Part shown: piece by piece, positions 34,419 to 43,137 of the stretch
Layout of the letters: each line of letters opens with the position of its first letter
Numbering within the stretch: the stretch's first letter is position 1
Assembly (NCBI GenBank): GCA_016188495.1
Contig: JACPHU010000013.1
Span: 5,498-69,497 of the forward strand
DNA from: Candidatus Uhrbacteria bacterium
GTDB taxonomy: Bacteria > Patescibacteriota > Patescibacteriia > UBA9934 > GWF2-40-263
DNA length: 64,000 nt
Direction: 5' to 3'
Translations under genes and position numbers: made by a program
The notes under the pieces: generated by a model
Told to the model about the DNA's origin: nothing
Seen by the model: only the letters and a program-made list of their open reading frames with translations
Database searches by the model: none

Positions 34419-35629
34419 AACGTTATTTCTTTTTTTCTCTCCTCGTTTTCTTTTTTCCTGTTGTGGCTTACGCTGCTGTGGATTTAGGCATAAGTCAGGG
34501 GGATATTCATTTTTCAAAAGAAACCTTTGTTGCAGGTGATGCGATTCGTATTTATGCAACCGTTCATAACGTTGGAGATCAAGATGTTTCCGGGTATGTG
34601 AGTTTTTACCAGGGTGCATCTTTGATCGGACAACCTCAGGCCATTTCGTTATTAAAAAATGGAAACCCTGAGGAAGTTTATGTAGATTTTATTGTTCCTG
34701 TTTCTGAATTCAATATCATGGCGCAAGTCGGGGGTACAGATCCCGAAGATAGTAATTCATCCAATAACACGGCGATCACCGGAAAAATTACGCCTATCAT
34801 CGATTCCGACCATGACGGCATAGATGAAAAAAATGATAACTGTCCTACGATGGCTAACGAAACACAGATTGATTCCGATAAGGATGGCCAGGGAGACGCT
34901 TGCGATCAGGACGATGACGGAGACGGCTTATCTGATGAAGTAGAAAAAGAACTTGGAACAGATACGACGCAAGTCGATTCCGATGGGGATGGAGTAAACG
35001 ATCCTCAGGATGCTTATCCTACAGATAAAGAAAAGACGGTTATTGAAACTCCACAGGAAGAAACAAAAGAAACGATTGATTCTTCAACGGTTTCCGATAC
35101 AAAAGAGACATTTCAACAAATTGTCACGAAAGTTGCTCAAACTATTCGTGAAACTTCAGATACCCAGTCTGATCCGTCGTCCTCTCTTGATGATCAAGAA
35201 CATGAAGAAACTTTATTAGACACAGATACGCTTTCTAAAAATGAGGTCACGATAAACGAAGTAAGCATTTCTCCCAATACGGTTTTTCGATCTCGGAGAG
35301 AATCCTGGAATACCTTTACATTTGAAGTCCTCGCTCCGCCGAACGATTCCACGATTTATGTTTGGGATTTTGGCGATGGAGTAAATTCATCAAAGTCATT
35401 TGTTAGCCATACGTACAATTCTCCGGGAGCTTTTACTGTTTCTTTAACCATGACCGATGCTTCAGGCGTTGTTTCTACGGATTCAACAACGGTTTTTGTC
35501 CCATTTTTTAGCCTTTCAAATCGTTTAGTGGTCGTTTCACTTGGGCTTTTGAGTCTTTTATTAATAATCGCTCTCGTTTTCTTCTTTTCTTTAGGAAGAA
35601 AACGTTTTAAAGAATCGTCGCATGTTTAG
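34415..35629 (+). CDS. Secreted protein with thrombospondin type-3-like Ca-binding Asp repeats and a PKD domain. Has a C-terminal TM anchor.
   Basis: A signal peptide. Repeated DSDxDGxxDxxD motifs. WDFGDG...HTY...GAFTVSLTMTD fits the PKD pattern. A hydrophobic C-terminus. Confidence 0.65.
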   Translation: MKRYFFFSLLVFFFPVVAYAAVDLGISQGDIHFSKETFVAGDAIRIYATVHNVGDQDVSGYVSFYQGASLIGQPQAISLLKNGNPEEVYVDFIVPVSEFNIMAQVGGTDPEDSNSSNNTAITGKITPIIDSDHDGIDEKNDNCPTMANETQIDSDKDGQGDACDQDDDGDGLSDEVEKELGTDTTQVDSDGDGVNDPQDAYPTDKEKTVIETPQEETKETIDSSTVSDTKETFQQIVTKVAQTIRETSDTQSDPSSSLDDQEHEETLLDTDTLSKNEVTINEVSISPNTVFRSRRESWNTFTFEVLAPPNDSTIYVWDFGDGVNSSKSFVSHTYNSPGAFTVSLTMTDASGVVSTDSTTVFVPFFSLSNRLVVVSLGLLSLLLIIALVFFFSLGRKRFKESSHV

Positions 35630-37229
35630 TTTTTTTCAAAAAGAATCGAAAACGATTATCGGAGCAGCAACGATTGTCGGCATTTTATCATTGGCCAGTC
35701 GTTTAGTTGGTTTTGTTCGCGATAGAATTCTTGCTGGTACATTTGGAGCGGGGGATACGTTAGACGTCTACTATGCCGCATTTAAAATTCCTGACCTCTT
35801 GTTTAATTTGATCGTTGTGGGTGCGTTGTCTGCAAGTTTTATTCCTCTTTTCCTTTCCCATTACCATAAACCTTTACAAAGACAGCAAGCCTGGGATTTT
35901 ACCAATAATGCTATTCATCTGATAGGAAGCATTATTCTTCTTTTCTCTCTTGTTCTTATTTTTTTTGCGACTCCTCTGGCACATCTGATTGCACCAGGAT
36001 TTGAAGAATTCAAGCAAGTCAAAGTGGTTCTGTTCATGCGGATCATGTTTTTAGGACAAATTTTTTTAGCGGTTTCACTCATCTACGGATCCGTGTTACA
36101 AAGTTTAAAACATTTTTTTATTTACTCTCTCGCCCCTCTTTTTTATAACGCGGGTATTATTATAGGAGCACTCTGGTTAGAACCTGTTTTTGGTTCGGTC
36201 GGTCTTGCTTGGGGGGTTGTGTTGGGAACGTTTTTTCATTTATGCACGCAAATCATTGGAATGCGTGGTACAGGTTATGCATACCGTTTTGTTCTTGATC
36301 CTCGTTCAAAAGACATGCGGGAAATGGTAAGGCTCATGGGTCCACGGACGATTGGTCTGGCAGTGAATCAGTTGATGTTTATGATTTTGACGATTATGGC
36401 ATCGATGTTTGTGGCCGGTAGCCTCACGATCTTTCAATTTGCTTACAATATTCAATTTTTTGCGGTAGGAATTTTTGGCGTCTCTTTTGCTATCGCTGTG
36501 TTTCCTACGTTATCGGAATTTGTAGAAAAAAAAGAATTGTCTAAATTTATTGAAACAATTGCTAGGACAACAGGTCAATTATTTTATCTTCTTATTCCCA
36601 TGACTCTTTTATTTTTAATTTTTCGTGCACAGATTGTACGTGTGGTGGTTGGGGCAGGGGCGTTTGATTGGTCAGCCACAGTGTTAACCGCTAACACGTT
36701 GGCTTTTTTTGCCCTCACCTTTATTCCTCAATCTCTTGTATTTTTGCTCGCCCGTGCTTTTTATGCTCTGCATGACACCATTACTCCTCTCACTATTGCT
36801 GTTGTCTCTGCCTTTGTGGGTATATTAAGTGCTTTTCTTTTTCGTGAAAGTTTTGGAGTGATTTCTTTGGCGATCGCTTATTCTATTTCATCGCTGGTAA
36901 ATGCTTTGCTTCTTTGGATCTCCTTAAGACAACGAGTAGGAACATTACAAGAATCCGTTATTTTGAGTTCGTTGTTAAAAATGACAACTTGTGGTCTTTT
37001 TGCCGCGGTCATTATGCAGTTTCTCAAACCTATCGTTGTTTCGTTTATTCCACTGGAAACGTTTATCGGGGTTTTTCTTCAAGCGTTTTTAGCTGGTGGA
37101 GCAGGTTTGTTGGCTTATTTTATTTTAGGAATGTTTTTAGGAATTGAAGAACAAAAAAGATTTATTGATGCATTGAGACGTCATGCAGTGCGCCAGGCTA
37201 AACCAACGGAAGTTACTCTTGACCATTAA
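35622..37229 (+). CDS. murJ: Lipid II flippase MurJ (MviN)
   Basis: The N-terminus LVGFVRDRILAGTFGAGDTLDVYYAAFKIPD and 14 TM segments. Confidence 0.85.
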   Translation: MFSFFQKESKTIIGAATIVGILSLASRLVGFVRDRILAGTFGAGDTLDVYYAAFKIPDLLFNLIVVGALSASFIPLFLSHYHKPLQRQQAWDFTNNAIHLIGSIILLFSLVLIFFATPLAHLIAPGFEEFKQVKVVLFMRIMFLGQIFLAVSLIYGSVLQSLKHFFIYSLAPLFYNAGIIIGALWLEPVFGSVGLAWGVVLGTFFHLCTQIIGMRGTGYAYRFVLDPRSKDMREMVRLMGPRTIGLAVNQLMFMILTIMASMFVAGSLTIFQFAYNIQFFAVGIFGVSFAIAVFPTLSEFVEKKELSKFIETIARTTGQLFYLLIPMTLLFLIFRAQIVRVVVGAGAFDWSATVLTANTLAFFALTFIPQSLVFLLARAFYALHDTITPLTIAVVSAFVGILSAFLFRESFGVISLAIAYSISSLVNALLLWISLRQRVGTLQESVILSSLLKMTTCGLFAAVIMQFLKPIVVSFIPLETFIGVFLQAFLAGGAGLLAYFILGMFLGIEEQKRFIDALRRHAVRQAKPTEVTLDH

Positions 37230-37268
37230 TTGGACGATAAAAAAAGGCTTTTGTAGAATGTTAGCGCT

Positions 37269-39164
37269 ATGAATATCCACGAAATTAGATCCGAATACCT
37301 TCGTTTTTTTAAAGAAAAAGGACACGCGATCCTTCCTTCCTCGTCTTTGGTTCCAAATAATGACCCCACAACGCTCTTTACAGGGTCCGGTATGCAGCCG
37401 ATGATTTCTTTTTTATTAGGAGAAAAACATCCACAAGGCAATCGGCTCGCTGATTCTCAAAAATGTTTTCGATCCCAGGATATTGATGAGGTGGGGGACA
37501 ATCGTCACACAACTTTTTTTGAAATGCTTGGTAATTGGTCGCTAGGGGATTATTTTAAACAGGAACAGATCCCTTGGATGTTTGATTTTTTAATGGGTAT
37601 CGGACTTGACCCTAAAAAATTGTATATTACCTGTTTTATCGGAGATGCTCAGTTTAATATTCCAAAAGACGTGGAGGCGGGGGAATTGTGGAAAAAACAG
37701 TTTGCCCGTGTTGGAATTGAAGCAGTGGATGCAGAAATAGGTTCTGAACAAGCTGGCTATGAGCGAGGAATGAAACTTGGGGAACGGATTTTTTATTATG
37801 ATGGAAAAAAGAATTGGTGGAATCGTGGAAAAACGGGTCCTACAACAACGATAGTAGGCGATCCTTGCGGCCCTGATTCTGAGATGTTTTATGATTTTGG
37901 AACCCCTCATGATCCTAAATGGGGTAAGGAATGCCATCCAAACTGTGATTGTGGGCGATTTATGGAGATTGGAAACAATGTATTCATGGCTTACTTAAAA
38001 AAGAGTGAAGATACTTTTGTTCCTTTGAATGCTCCTAATATTGATCATGGATCCGGTTTAGAACGCATTGCTGCAGCCGTTAATAATAATCCGGATGTAT
38101 TTGCTTTGGATGTATTTCAACCATTCTTTGCCCAAGTCAAAAATAATTTTGGATGGGACTATGAACACGCTACAGAAGACCAGAAACATACGTTACGCAT
38201 CATTGCCGATCATGTTCGAGCAACGGTCTTTTTGATCGGAGATGGAGTTTTACCATCCAATAAAGATCAAGGATATTTTGTTCGTCGTTTGATGCGACGA
38301 GCTATTTTTCGTGCCTGGCAGTTTTCAGATGGCGCTTCTCATCTTTATCAATCAGTAGAGACGTTTACTACGGCTTATAAAGAGACTTATCCTGATCTGG
38401 CGTTGAAAACAAAGGAAATCCAAAACGTATTTGAACAAGAAGAAGCCAAATTTCGCCGAACAGTAGAGAAAGGATATCGAGAGCTTCGTTCCATTGCCGA
38501 AAAGACAAAAACTTTCACAGGTAAAAATGCTTTTGATCTCTATCAATCTTACGGATTTCCCCTTGAACTCACTATTGAAGAATTACAACGATCTTTTGGA
38601 ATTACAGTGGATGTAGAGCAATTTCAAACAGAATTTAAGAAACATCAGGATCTTTCTCGAGCGGGTTCTGAACAAAAATTCGCTGGTGGTCTTGCGGATC
38701 ATTCGGAAGCCACAACACGTCTACATACCGCTACACACCTTCTTCATCAAACTCTTCGTATGGTCCTTGGAACCCATGTCGAACAAAAAGGATCCAATAT
38801 TACTCCAGAACGTCTTCGTTTCGACTTTTCTCATTCTGAAAAAATGACAGAAGAACAACTTCACGAAGTTGAACGCATGATCAACGAGATCATTTCAAAA
38901 AATCTTCCCGTACATTATGAAATACTGACCTTAGATGAAGCTAAAAAACGTGGAGCTATAGGTTTATTTGAAGATAAATATGCTCAATTAGATGGTCAAA
39001 TTAAAGTTTATTTTATCGGTGAAGAGGTTCTTGGCAATTATTTTAGTAAAGAAGTTTGTGGGGGACCTCATGTGGAAAGAACCGGAATGTTAGGATCTTT
39101 TAAAATCATGAAAGAAGAATCAGCCGCAAGCGGTATTCGAAGAATTAAAGCCGTTCTTGAATAA
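37269..39164 (+). CDS. alaS: Alanine--tRNA ligase (631 aa; ends after the editing domain and lacks C-Ala)
   Basis: The N-terminal class II core FFKEKGHAILPSSSLVPNNDPTTLFTGSGM. The editing-domain metal motif CGGPHV. It terminates at IRRIKAVLE. Confidence 0.9.
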   Translation: MNIHEIRSEYLRFFKEKGHAILPSSSLVPNNDPTTLFTGSGMQPMISFLLGEKHPQGNRLADSQKCFRSQDIDEVGDNRHTTFFEMLGNWSLGDYFKQEQIPWMFDFLMGIGLDPKKLYITCFIGDAQFNIPKDVEAGELWKKQFARVGIEAVDAEIGSEQAGYERGMKLGERIFYYDGKKNWWNRGKTGPTTTIVGDPCGPDSEMFYDFGTPHDPKWGKECHPNCDCGRFMEIGNNVFMAYLKKSEDTFVPLNAPNIDHGSGLERIAAAVNNNPDVFALDVFQPFFAQVKNNFGWDYEHATEDQKHTLRIIADHVRATVFLIGDGVLPSNKDQGYFVRRLMRRAIFRAWQFSDGASHLYQSVETFTTAYKETYPDLALKTKEIQNVFEQEEAKFRRTVEKGYRELRSIAEKTKTFTGKNAFDLYQSYGFPLELTIEELQRSFGITVDVEQFQTEFKKHQDLSRAGSEQKFAGGLADHSEATTRLHTATHLLHQTLRMVLGTHVEQKGSNITPERLRFDFSHSEKMTEEQLHEVERMINEIISKNLPVHYEILTLDEAKKRGAIGLFEDKYAQLDGQIKVYFIGEEVLGNYFSKEVCGGPHVERTGMLGSFKIMKEESAASGIRRIKAVLE

Positions 39165-39218
39165 AAAATACTTAAAAATTAGATTAAAAAACACTTTTGG
39201 TTATCCACGGAAGCATTC

Positions 39219-39247
39219 TTGACAATAGATCTGTTGATGAGTACAAT
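39219..39247 (+). promoter_or_regulatory. Sigma70 promoter of the infA-rpmJ-rpsM-rpsK-rpsD-rpoA-rplQ operon
   Basis: TTGACA (39219-39224), a 17-nt spacer, then TACAAT (39242-39247). Confidence 0.6.
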
Positions 39248-39329
39248 ACCGGCGCATTAAATTTCACTGATTTCTTGTCATTTTTGTCCATAGGTGTTAG
39301 CATTGTTTCGTTATTTCATTATGGAAAAG

Positions 39330-39542
39330 ATGACCAAAGATTTCATTGAGATGCGGGGCACGGTAGAAGAACTTCTACCTGCTGCAAACTTCAAAATAAA
39401 ATTAGAAAATGGACAGCTTATTACGGGACATTTATCTGGAAAAATGAGAAAGTTTCGAATCAGAATTCTTCCAGGTGATGATGTAAAGGTAGAAATCAGT
39501 CCGTACGATCTTACAAAAGGTCGAGTTGTATATAGATTTTAG
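39330..39542 (+). CDS. infA: Translation initiation factor IF-1
   Basis: [70 protein letters not shown] aligns end to end with E. coli IF-1. The start was trimmed to ATG 39330. Confidence 0.9.
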   Translation: MTKDFIEMRGTVEELLPAANFKIKLENGQLITGHLSGKMRKFRIRILPGDDVKVEISPYDLTKGRVVYRF

Positions 39543-39578
39543 CAAACGTCATCGATCGTTTCGATGGCGTTTATAATT

Positions 39579-39692
39579 ATGAAAGTACGAGCTTCAGCAA
39601 AAAAGATTTGTCGCGATTGTAAGGTCACTCGACGAGAAGGTCGTGTGGTTGTTCTTTGTAAGAATCCTCGTCATAAACAACGACAAGGTTAA
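39579..39692 (+). CDS. rpmJ: 50S ribosomal protein L36. Missed by the ORF track because it is too short.
   Basis: The translation is [37 protein letters not shown], the classic L36 zinc ribbon. Confidence 0.9.
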   Translation: MKVRASAKKICRDCKVTRREGRVVVLCKNPRHKQRQG

Positions 39693-39701
39693 ACTTTAAC
39701 T

Positions 39702-40088
39702 ATGGCACGTATAGCAGGAGTCACAATTCCGTCAGACAAGCGTATCGTTATTGCTCTAACGTATATTTATGGCGTAGGACTTACCACGTCGAAAAAAATC
39801 CTTTCTCAAGCAGAAGTCGATGAAAATATTCGTACAAAAGATTTGAATGACGATCAAGTGAATAATATCAGAGTTCTTCTTGAAAAAAATTATCGACTTG
39901 AAGGAGATCTTCGACGAGATAAAATTTCCAACATTAAACGCCTCAAGGAGATCAACTCTTATAGAGGAAGTCGTCATGCCAAGAATCTTCCTGCGAGAGG
40001 TCAACGTACCAAATCAAATTCTCGTACCGTTAGAGGAAACGTTCGACGTACAACAGGAAGCGGTCGACGAACTCTTACAAAGACCTAA
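39702..40088 (+). CDS. rpsM: 30S ribosomal protein S13
   Basis: [26 protein letters not shown]. Confidence 0.95.
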   Translation: MARIAGVTIPSDKRIVIALTYIYGVGLTTSKKILSQAEVDENIRTKDLNDDQVNNIRVLLEKNYRLEGDLRRDKISNIKRLKEINSYRGSRHAKNLPARGQRTKSNSRTVRGNVRRTTGSGRRTLTKT

Positions 40089-40091
40089 ACT

Positions 40092-40490
40092 ATGACAGTA
40101 CAGACGAAAACAAAGACTCGAACAAAGAAAAAGGTGACCCATCAAATTTCACAGGGTTGTGCTTATATTCAAGCAACATATAACAATACAATCATTACTC
40201 TTACGGATTTAAATGGAAATACGTTGGGTTGGTCCAGTGCAGGAAATTGTGGTTTTAAAGGACCAAAAAAATCGACTCCTTACGCTGCCAGTATTGTTGT
40301 AAAAACTGTTGCTGATCGAGTTAAAGAAATTGGACTTCGAGAATTGAACGTTTATGTAAAAGGAGTGGGTACAGGACGTGATTCTGCGATTAGAGCACTT
40401 AATGCTAATGGATTCCAAGTACTTTCATTAAAAGATACCACACCACTACCTCATAACGGTTGTCGTCAATCCAAACCACGACGCGTCTAA
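40092..40490 (+). CDS. rpsK: 30S ribosomal protein S11
   Basis: YIQATYNNTIITLTDLNGNTLGWSSAG...TPLPHNGCR. Confidence 0.95.
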   Translation: MTVQTKTKTRTKKKVTHQISQGCAYIQATYNNTIITLTDLNGNTLGWSSAGNCGFKGPKKSTPYAASIVVKTVADRVKEIGLRELNVYVKGVGTGRDSAIRALNANGFQVLSLKDTTPLPHNGCRQSKPRRV

Positions 40491-40493
40491 GAT

Positions 40494-41108
40494 ATGGCAA
40501 AACAGCGAACACCAATTGTAAAACTTTCACGCCGACTCGGTATTGTTTTGGGTAAAGAAAAATATGTTCGACGTCGAGCATATCCTCCAGGAGTTCATGG
40601 ACCAAAACAAGCTAAAAATAGATCCAGACTTTCCGCGTTTGGAGAACAGTTGAGAGAAAAACAAAAAGCCAAGGCTATTTACGGTATTCTTGAAAAACAG
40701 TTTTCTGGTTATTTTGAAAAAGCATCTCGTAAAGAGGGAAATACAGCAGAAAGTCTTGTGCGTTTATTAGAGCTTCGACTTGATAACGTTGTTTATCGTC
40801 TCGGTTGGGCTAGAACTCGAAGACAGGCACGACAAATAGTTAATCACGGTTTTATTTTAGTGAATGGAAGTTCCGTAGATATCCCTTCTTATAGTGTATC
40901 TATGGGTGATGAATTAGCTATTAAGCCTTCTAAAGTTGAGAAAGGTATTATAAAGATGATCCCTGAGGCGGTGAATTTAGGCACGTTGCCAAGATGGATT
41001 GCTCGTGATGAAAAGGCTGTCACAGGAAAAATTACATCAATTCCTGAGGGGGAGGACCTTGATCAAGGTTTTGACCCAACACTCATCGTCGAGTTCTACT
41101 CACGATAA
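40494..41108 (+). CDS. rpsD: 30S ribosomal protein S4
   Basis: MAKQRTPIVKLSRRLG...RLDNVVYRLGWARTRRQARQIVNHG, which includes the S4 domain. Confidence 0.95.
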   Translation: MAKQRTPIVKLSRRLGIVLGKEKYVRRRAYPPGVHGPKQAKNRSRLSAFGEQLREKQKAKAIYGILEKQFSGYFEKASRKEGNTAESLVRLLELRLDNVVYRLGWARTRRQARQIVNHGFILVNGSSVDIPSYSVSMGDELAIKPSKVEKGIIKMIPEAVNLGTLPRWIARDEKAVTGKITSIPEGEDLDQGFDPTLIVEFYSR

Positions 41109-41123
41109 TCATCTATATTTTGT

Positions 41124-41864
41124 ATGGAGAATATTCTTCTTCCATCACGTATCCAATATCAAGACGCTGAACGTCCAAACGAAGGTATTTTAACTGTGGA
41201 ACCTTGTTTTCACGGATATGGTACAACGTTAGGAAATGCTCTTAGACGAGTCTTGCTCTCATCTCTTCCAGGTGCTGCAGTAACAGCAGTAAAAATCAAA
41301 GGGGTAAATCATGAATTTCAGTCTGTAAAAGGTATTAAAGAAGATGCTCTTGAGATTATCTTAAATCTCAAATCATTGCGTATGAAGTGTTTTTCTGATG
41401 AACCGGTTAAATTAAATTTAACTTTTAGTGGTTCAAAAGTTGTAACTGCTGCTGACATTACACCAAATGCTGATGTAGAAATTATTAATTCTGACTTGGT
41501 TATTGCTACTGTTACTGAAGACAAAGCAAATCTAGAAATGGAGTTAACAGTCAGAAGAGGACGTGGATATAGCACAAGCGAAGAACGTGTAGATGAAAAT
41601 AGAGAATTGGGAACCATTGCTATTGATGCATTATTCTCACCTGTAAGAAATGTAGGTTATCGTGTTGAAGATACTCGTGTGGGCGAAATTACAAACTATG
41701 ATAAGCTCATCATGAATATCGAAACAGATGGGTCTATTTCACCTAAAGAGGCTGTTCAAGAATCTGCAAAAATTTTGATTGACTATTTTTCAATCTTGAT
41801 AAATAATGCCAATCCTTCCTCAGCATTGGAATCGTTTGAAACAGATCAAAAAGGTGCGTTTTAG
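41124..41864 (+). CDS. rpoA: DNA-directed RNA polymerase alpha subunit, N-terminal domain only (246 aa; no recognisable alpha-CTD)
   Basis: The alpha-NTD dimerisation and assembly region (TVEPCFHGYGTTLGNALRRVLLSSLPGAAV). The ORF stops about 80-90 aa short of a full-length alpha subunit. The next gene, rplQ, starts 20 nt later. Confidence 0.85.
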   Translation: MENILLPSRIQYQDAERPNEGILTVEPCFHGYGTTLGNALRRVLLSSLPGAAVTAVKIKGVNHEFQSVKGIKEDALEIILNLKSLRMKCFSDEPVKLNLTFSGSKVVTAADITPNADVEIINSDLVIATVTEDKANLEMELTVRRGRGYSTSEERVDENRELGTIAIDALFSPVRNVGYRVEDTRVGEITNYDKLIMNIETDGSISPKEAVQESAKILIDYFSILINNANPSSALESFETDQKGAF

Positions 41865-41883
41865 AAAGGGATAGAAATATTTT

Positions 41884-42234
41884 ATGCGTCATAGAAAAAA
41901 AGGAAAAATTTTAGGTAGAGTAAAGGCATCGCGAGAAGCTTTGCTTAGAAATCTTGCGGCAAATATTATACTTTACGAAAAAATTACGACAACGGAAGCA
42001 AAAGCAAAAGCCGTTAAACCTTTTGTTGAAAAAGCTATTACTTCTGGAAAAGTAGCTTCACTTACTTCTCGACGTAAGTTAATGAGTTTTTTTTATACCG
42101 AACATCCAGTAAAGAAAATTATTGAAGTCCTTGGTCCTCGTTATTTGAAACGACCTGGTGGATACACTCGTATCATTAAATTAGGTCACAGAAAAAATGA
42201 TGGGGCTGACATGGTTCAAATAGAACTTGTATAG
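41884..42234 (+). CDS. rplQ: 50S ribosomal protein L17
   Basis: MRHRKKGKILGRVKASREALLRNLA. Confidence 0.95.
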   Translation: MRHRKKGKILGRVKASREALLRNLAANIILYEKITTTEAKAKAVKPFVEKAITSGKVASLTSRRKLMSFFYTEHPVKKIIEVLGPRYLKRPGGYTRIIKLGHRKNDGADMVQIELV

Positions 42235-42237
42235 TAT

Positions 42238-42597
42238 ATGACAGTTATGCAGAGGGAAATTCAAACAATTGATGCACAAGGAAAATCTCCAGGTCGTCTT
42301 GCCTCAGAGATCGCTCGTTTTCTTATTGGAAAACATAAACCTACCTACACCCCTCATATTGATGACGGTGATCACGTGCAAGTAATCAATGCGGCAAAAA
42401 TGACTGTTACTGCGAAAAAACTTGATCAAAAAGTTTATACGCATCATACAGAATTTGCTCATGGTTTACGTCAGGAATCTATGGCTAAAGTTTGGTCTAT
42501 AGATCCATCTGAAGTTCTTCGAAGAGCTGTTTCACGAATGCTTCCGAAAAATAAACACCGCAACGAGAGATTAAAACGTCTTCTTGTAACGAACTAG
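42238..42597 (+). CDS. rplM: 50S ribosomal protein L13
   Basis: IDAQGKSPGRLASEIARFLIGKHKPTYTPHIDDGDHVQVINA. Confidence 0.9.
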   Translation: MTVMQREIQTIDAQGKSPGRLASEIARFLIGKHKPTYTPHIDDGDHVQVINAAKMTVTAKKLDQKVYTHHTEFAHGLRQESMAKVWSIDPSEVLRRAVSRMLPKNKHRNERLKRLLVTN

Positions 42598-42603
42598 ACT
42601 GAT

Positions 42604-43011
42604 ATGACAAGTAGTAACCAGACTAAATATATTGAAGCTCTTGGACGTCGTAAGGCTGCCGTTGCGCGTGTGAGACTTTATTCAGGCGGAACAGGATCTA
42701 TTAAGGTTAACGATCGTCTTTTGAAAGAGTACTTGCCTGTTGAAATAATGCAACAATCAGTTGTCTCTCCCTTGCGAGAAACTGGTATGGAAAATGTATT
42801 TGATATCACCGTTCATGTAACAGGTGGTGGTATCCATGGACAGGCAGACAGTATCAGACTCGGAATTGCTCGTGCTCTTATTGATTTCAATCCAGAATTT
42901 AGAAGCTCTCTTAAAAAAGTTGGATTTCTTACCAGAGATGCTAGAATAAAAGAACGAAAGAAGTACGGAAAGAAATCAGCTCGTCGTTCGCCACAATGGT
43001 CAAAACGTTAG
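42604..43011 (+). CDS. rpsI: 30S ribosomal protein S9
   Basis: GRRKAAVARVRL...GGGIHGQADSIRLGIARAL...KKYGKKSARRSPQWSKR. Confidence 0.95.
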   Translation: MTSSNQTKYIEALGRRKAAVARVRLYSGGTGSIKVNDRLLKEYLPVEIMQQSVVSPLRETGMENVFDITVHVTGGGIHGQADSIRLGIARALIDFNPEFRSSLKKVGFLTRDARIKERKKYGKKSARRSPQWSKR

Positions 43012-43039
43012 AAAGTGGCTTGCACAATTGGAAATTTTT

Positions 43040-43067
43040 AAAACACCCATTCACAATGGGTGTTTTT
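43040..43067 (+). terminator. Intrinsic terminator after rpsI
   Basis: ACACCCATT-CAC-AATGGGTGT followed by TTTTTGTT. Confidence 0.7.
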
Positions 43068-43137
43068 GTTATTTAAGTATTTTTTAAAAAATACCAGTCC
43101 TTTTTTAAAAAGAAGAAATTGACTATAATGCGACCGT

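Noticed and set aside
43040-43067. The rpsI terminator hairpin has a TCACA loop like the element A and B hairpins
   Set aside because: The orientation is opposite relative to transcription, no other family blocks are present, and a 5-nt loop match is within chance.
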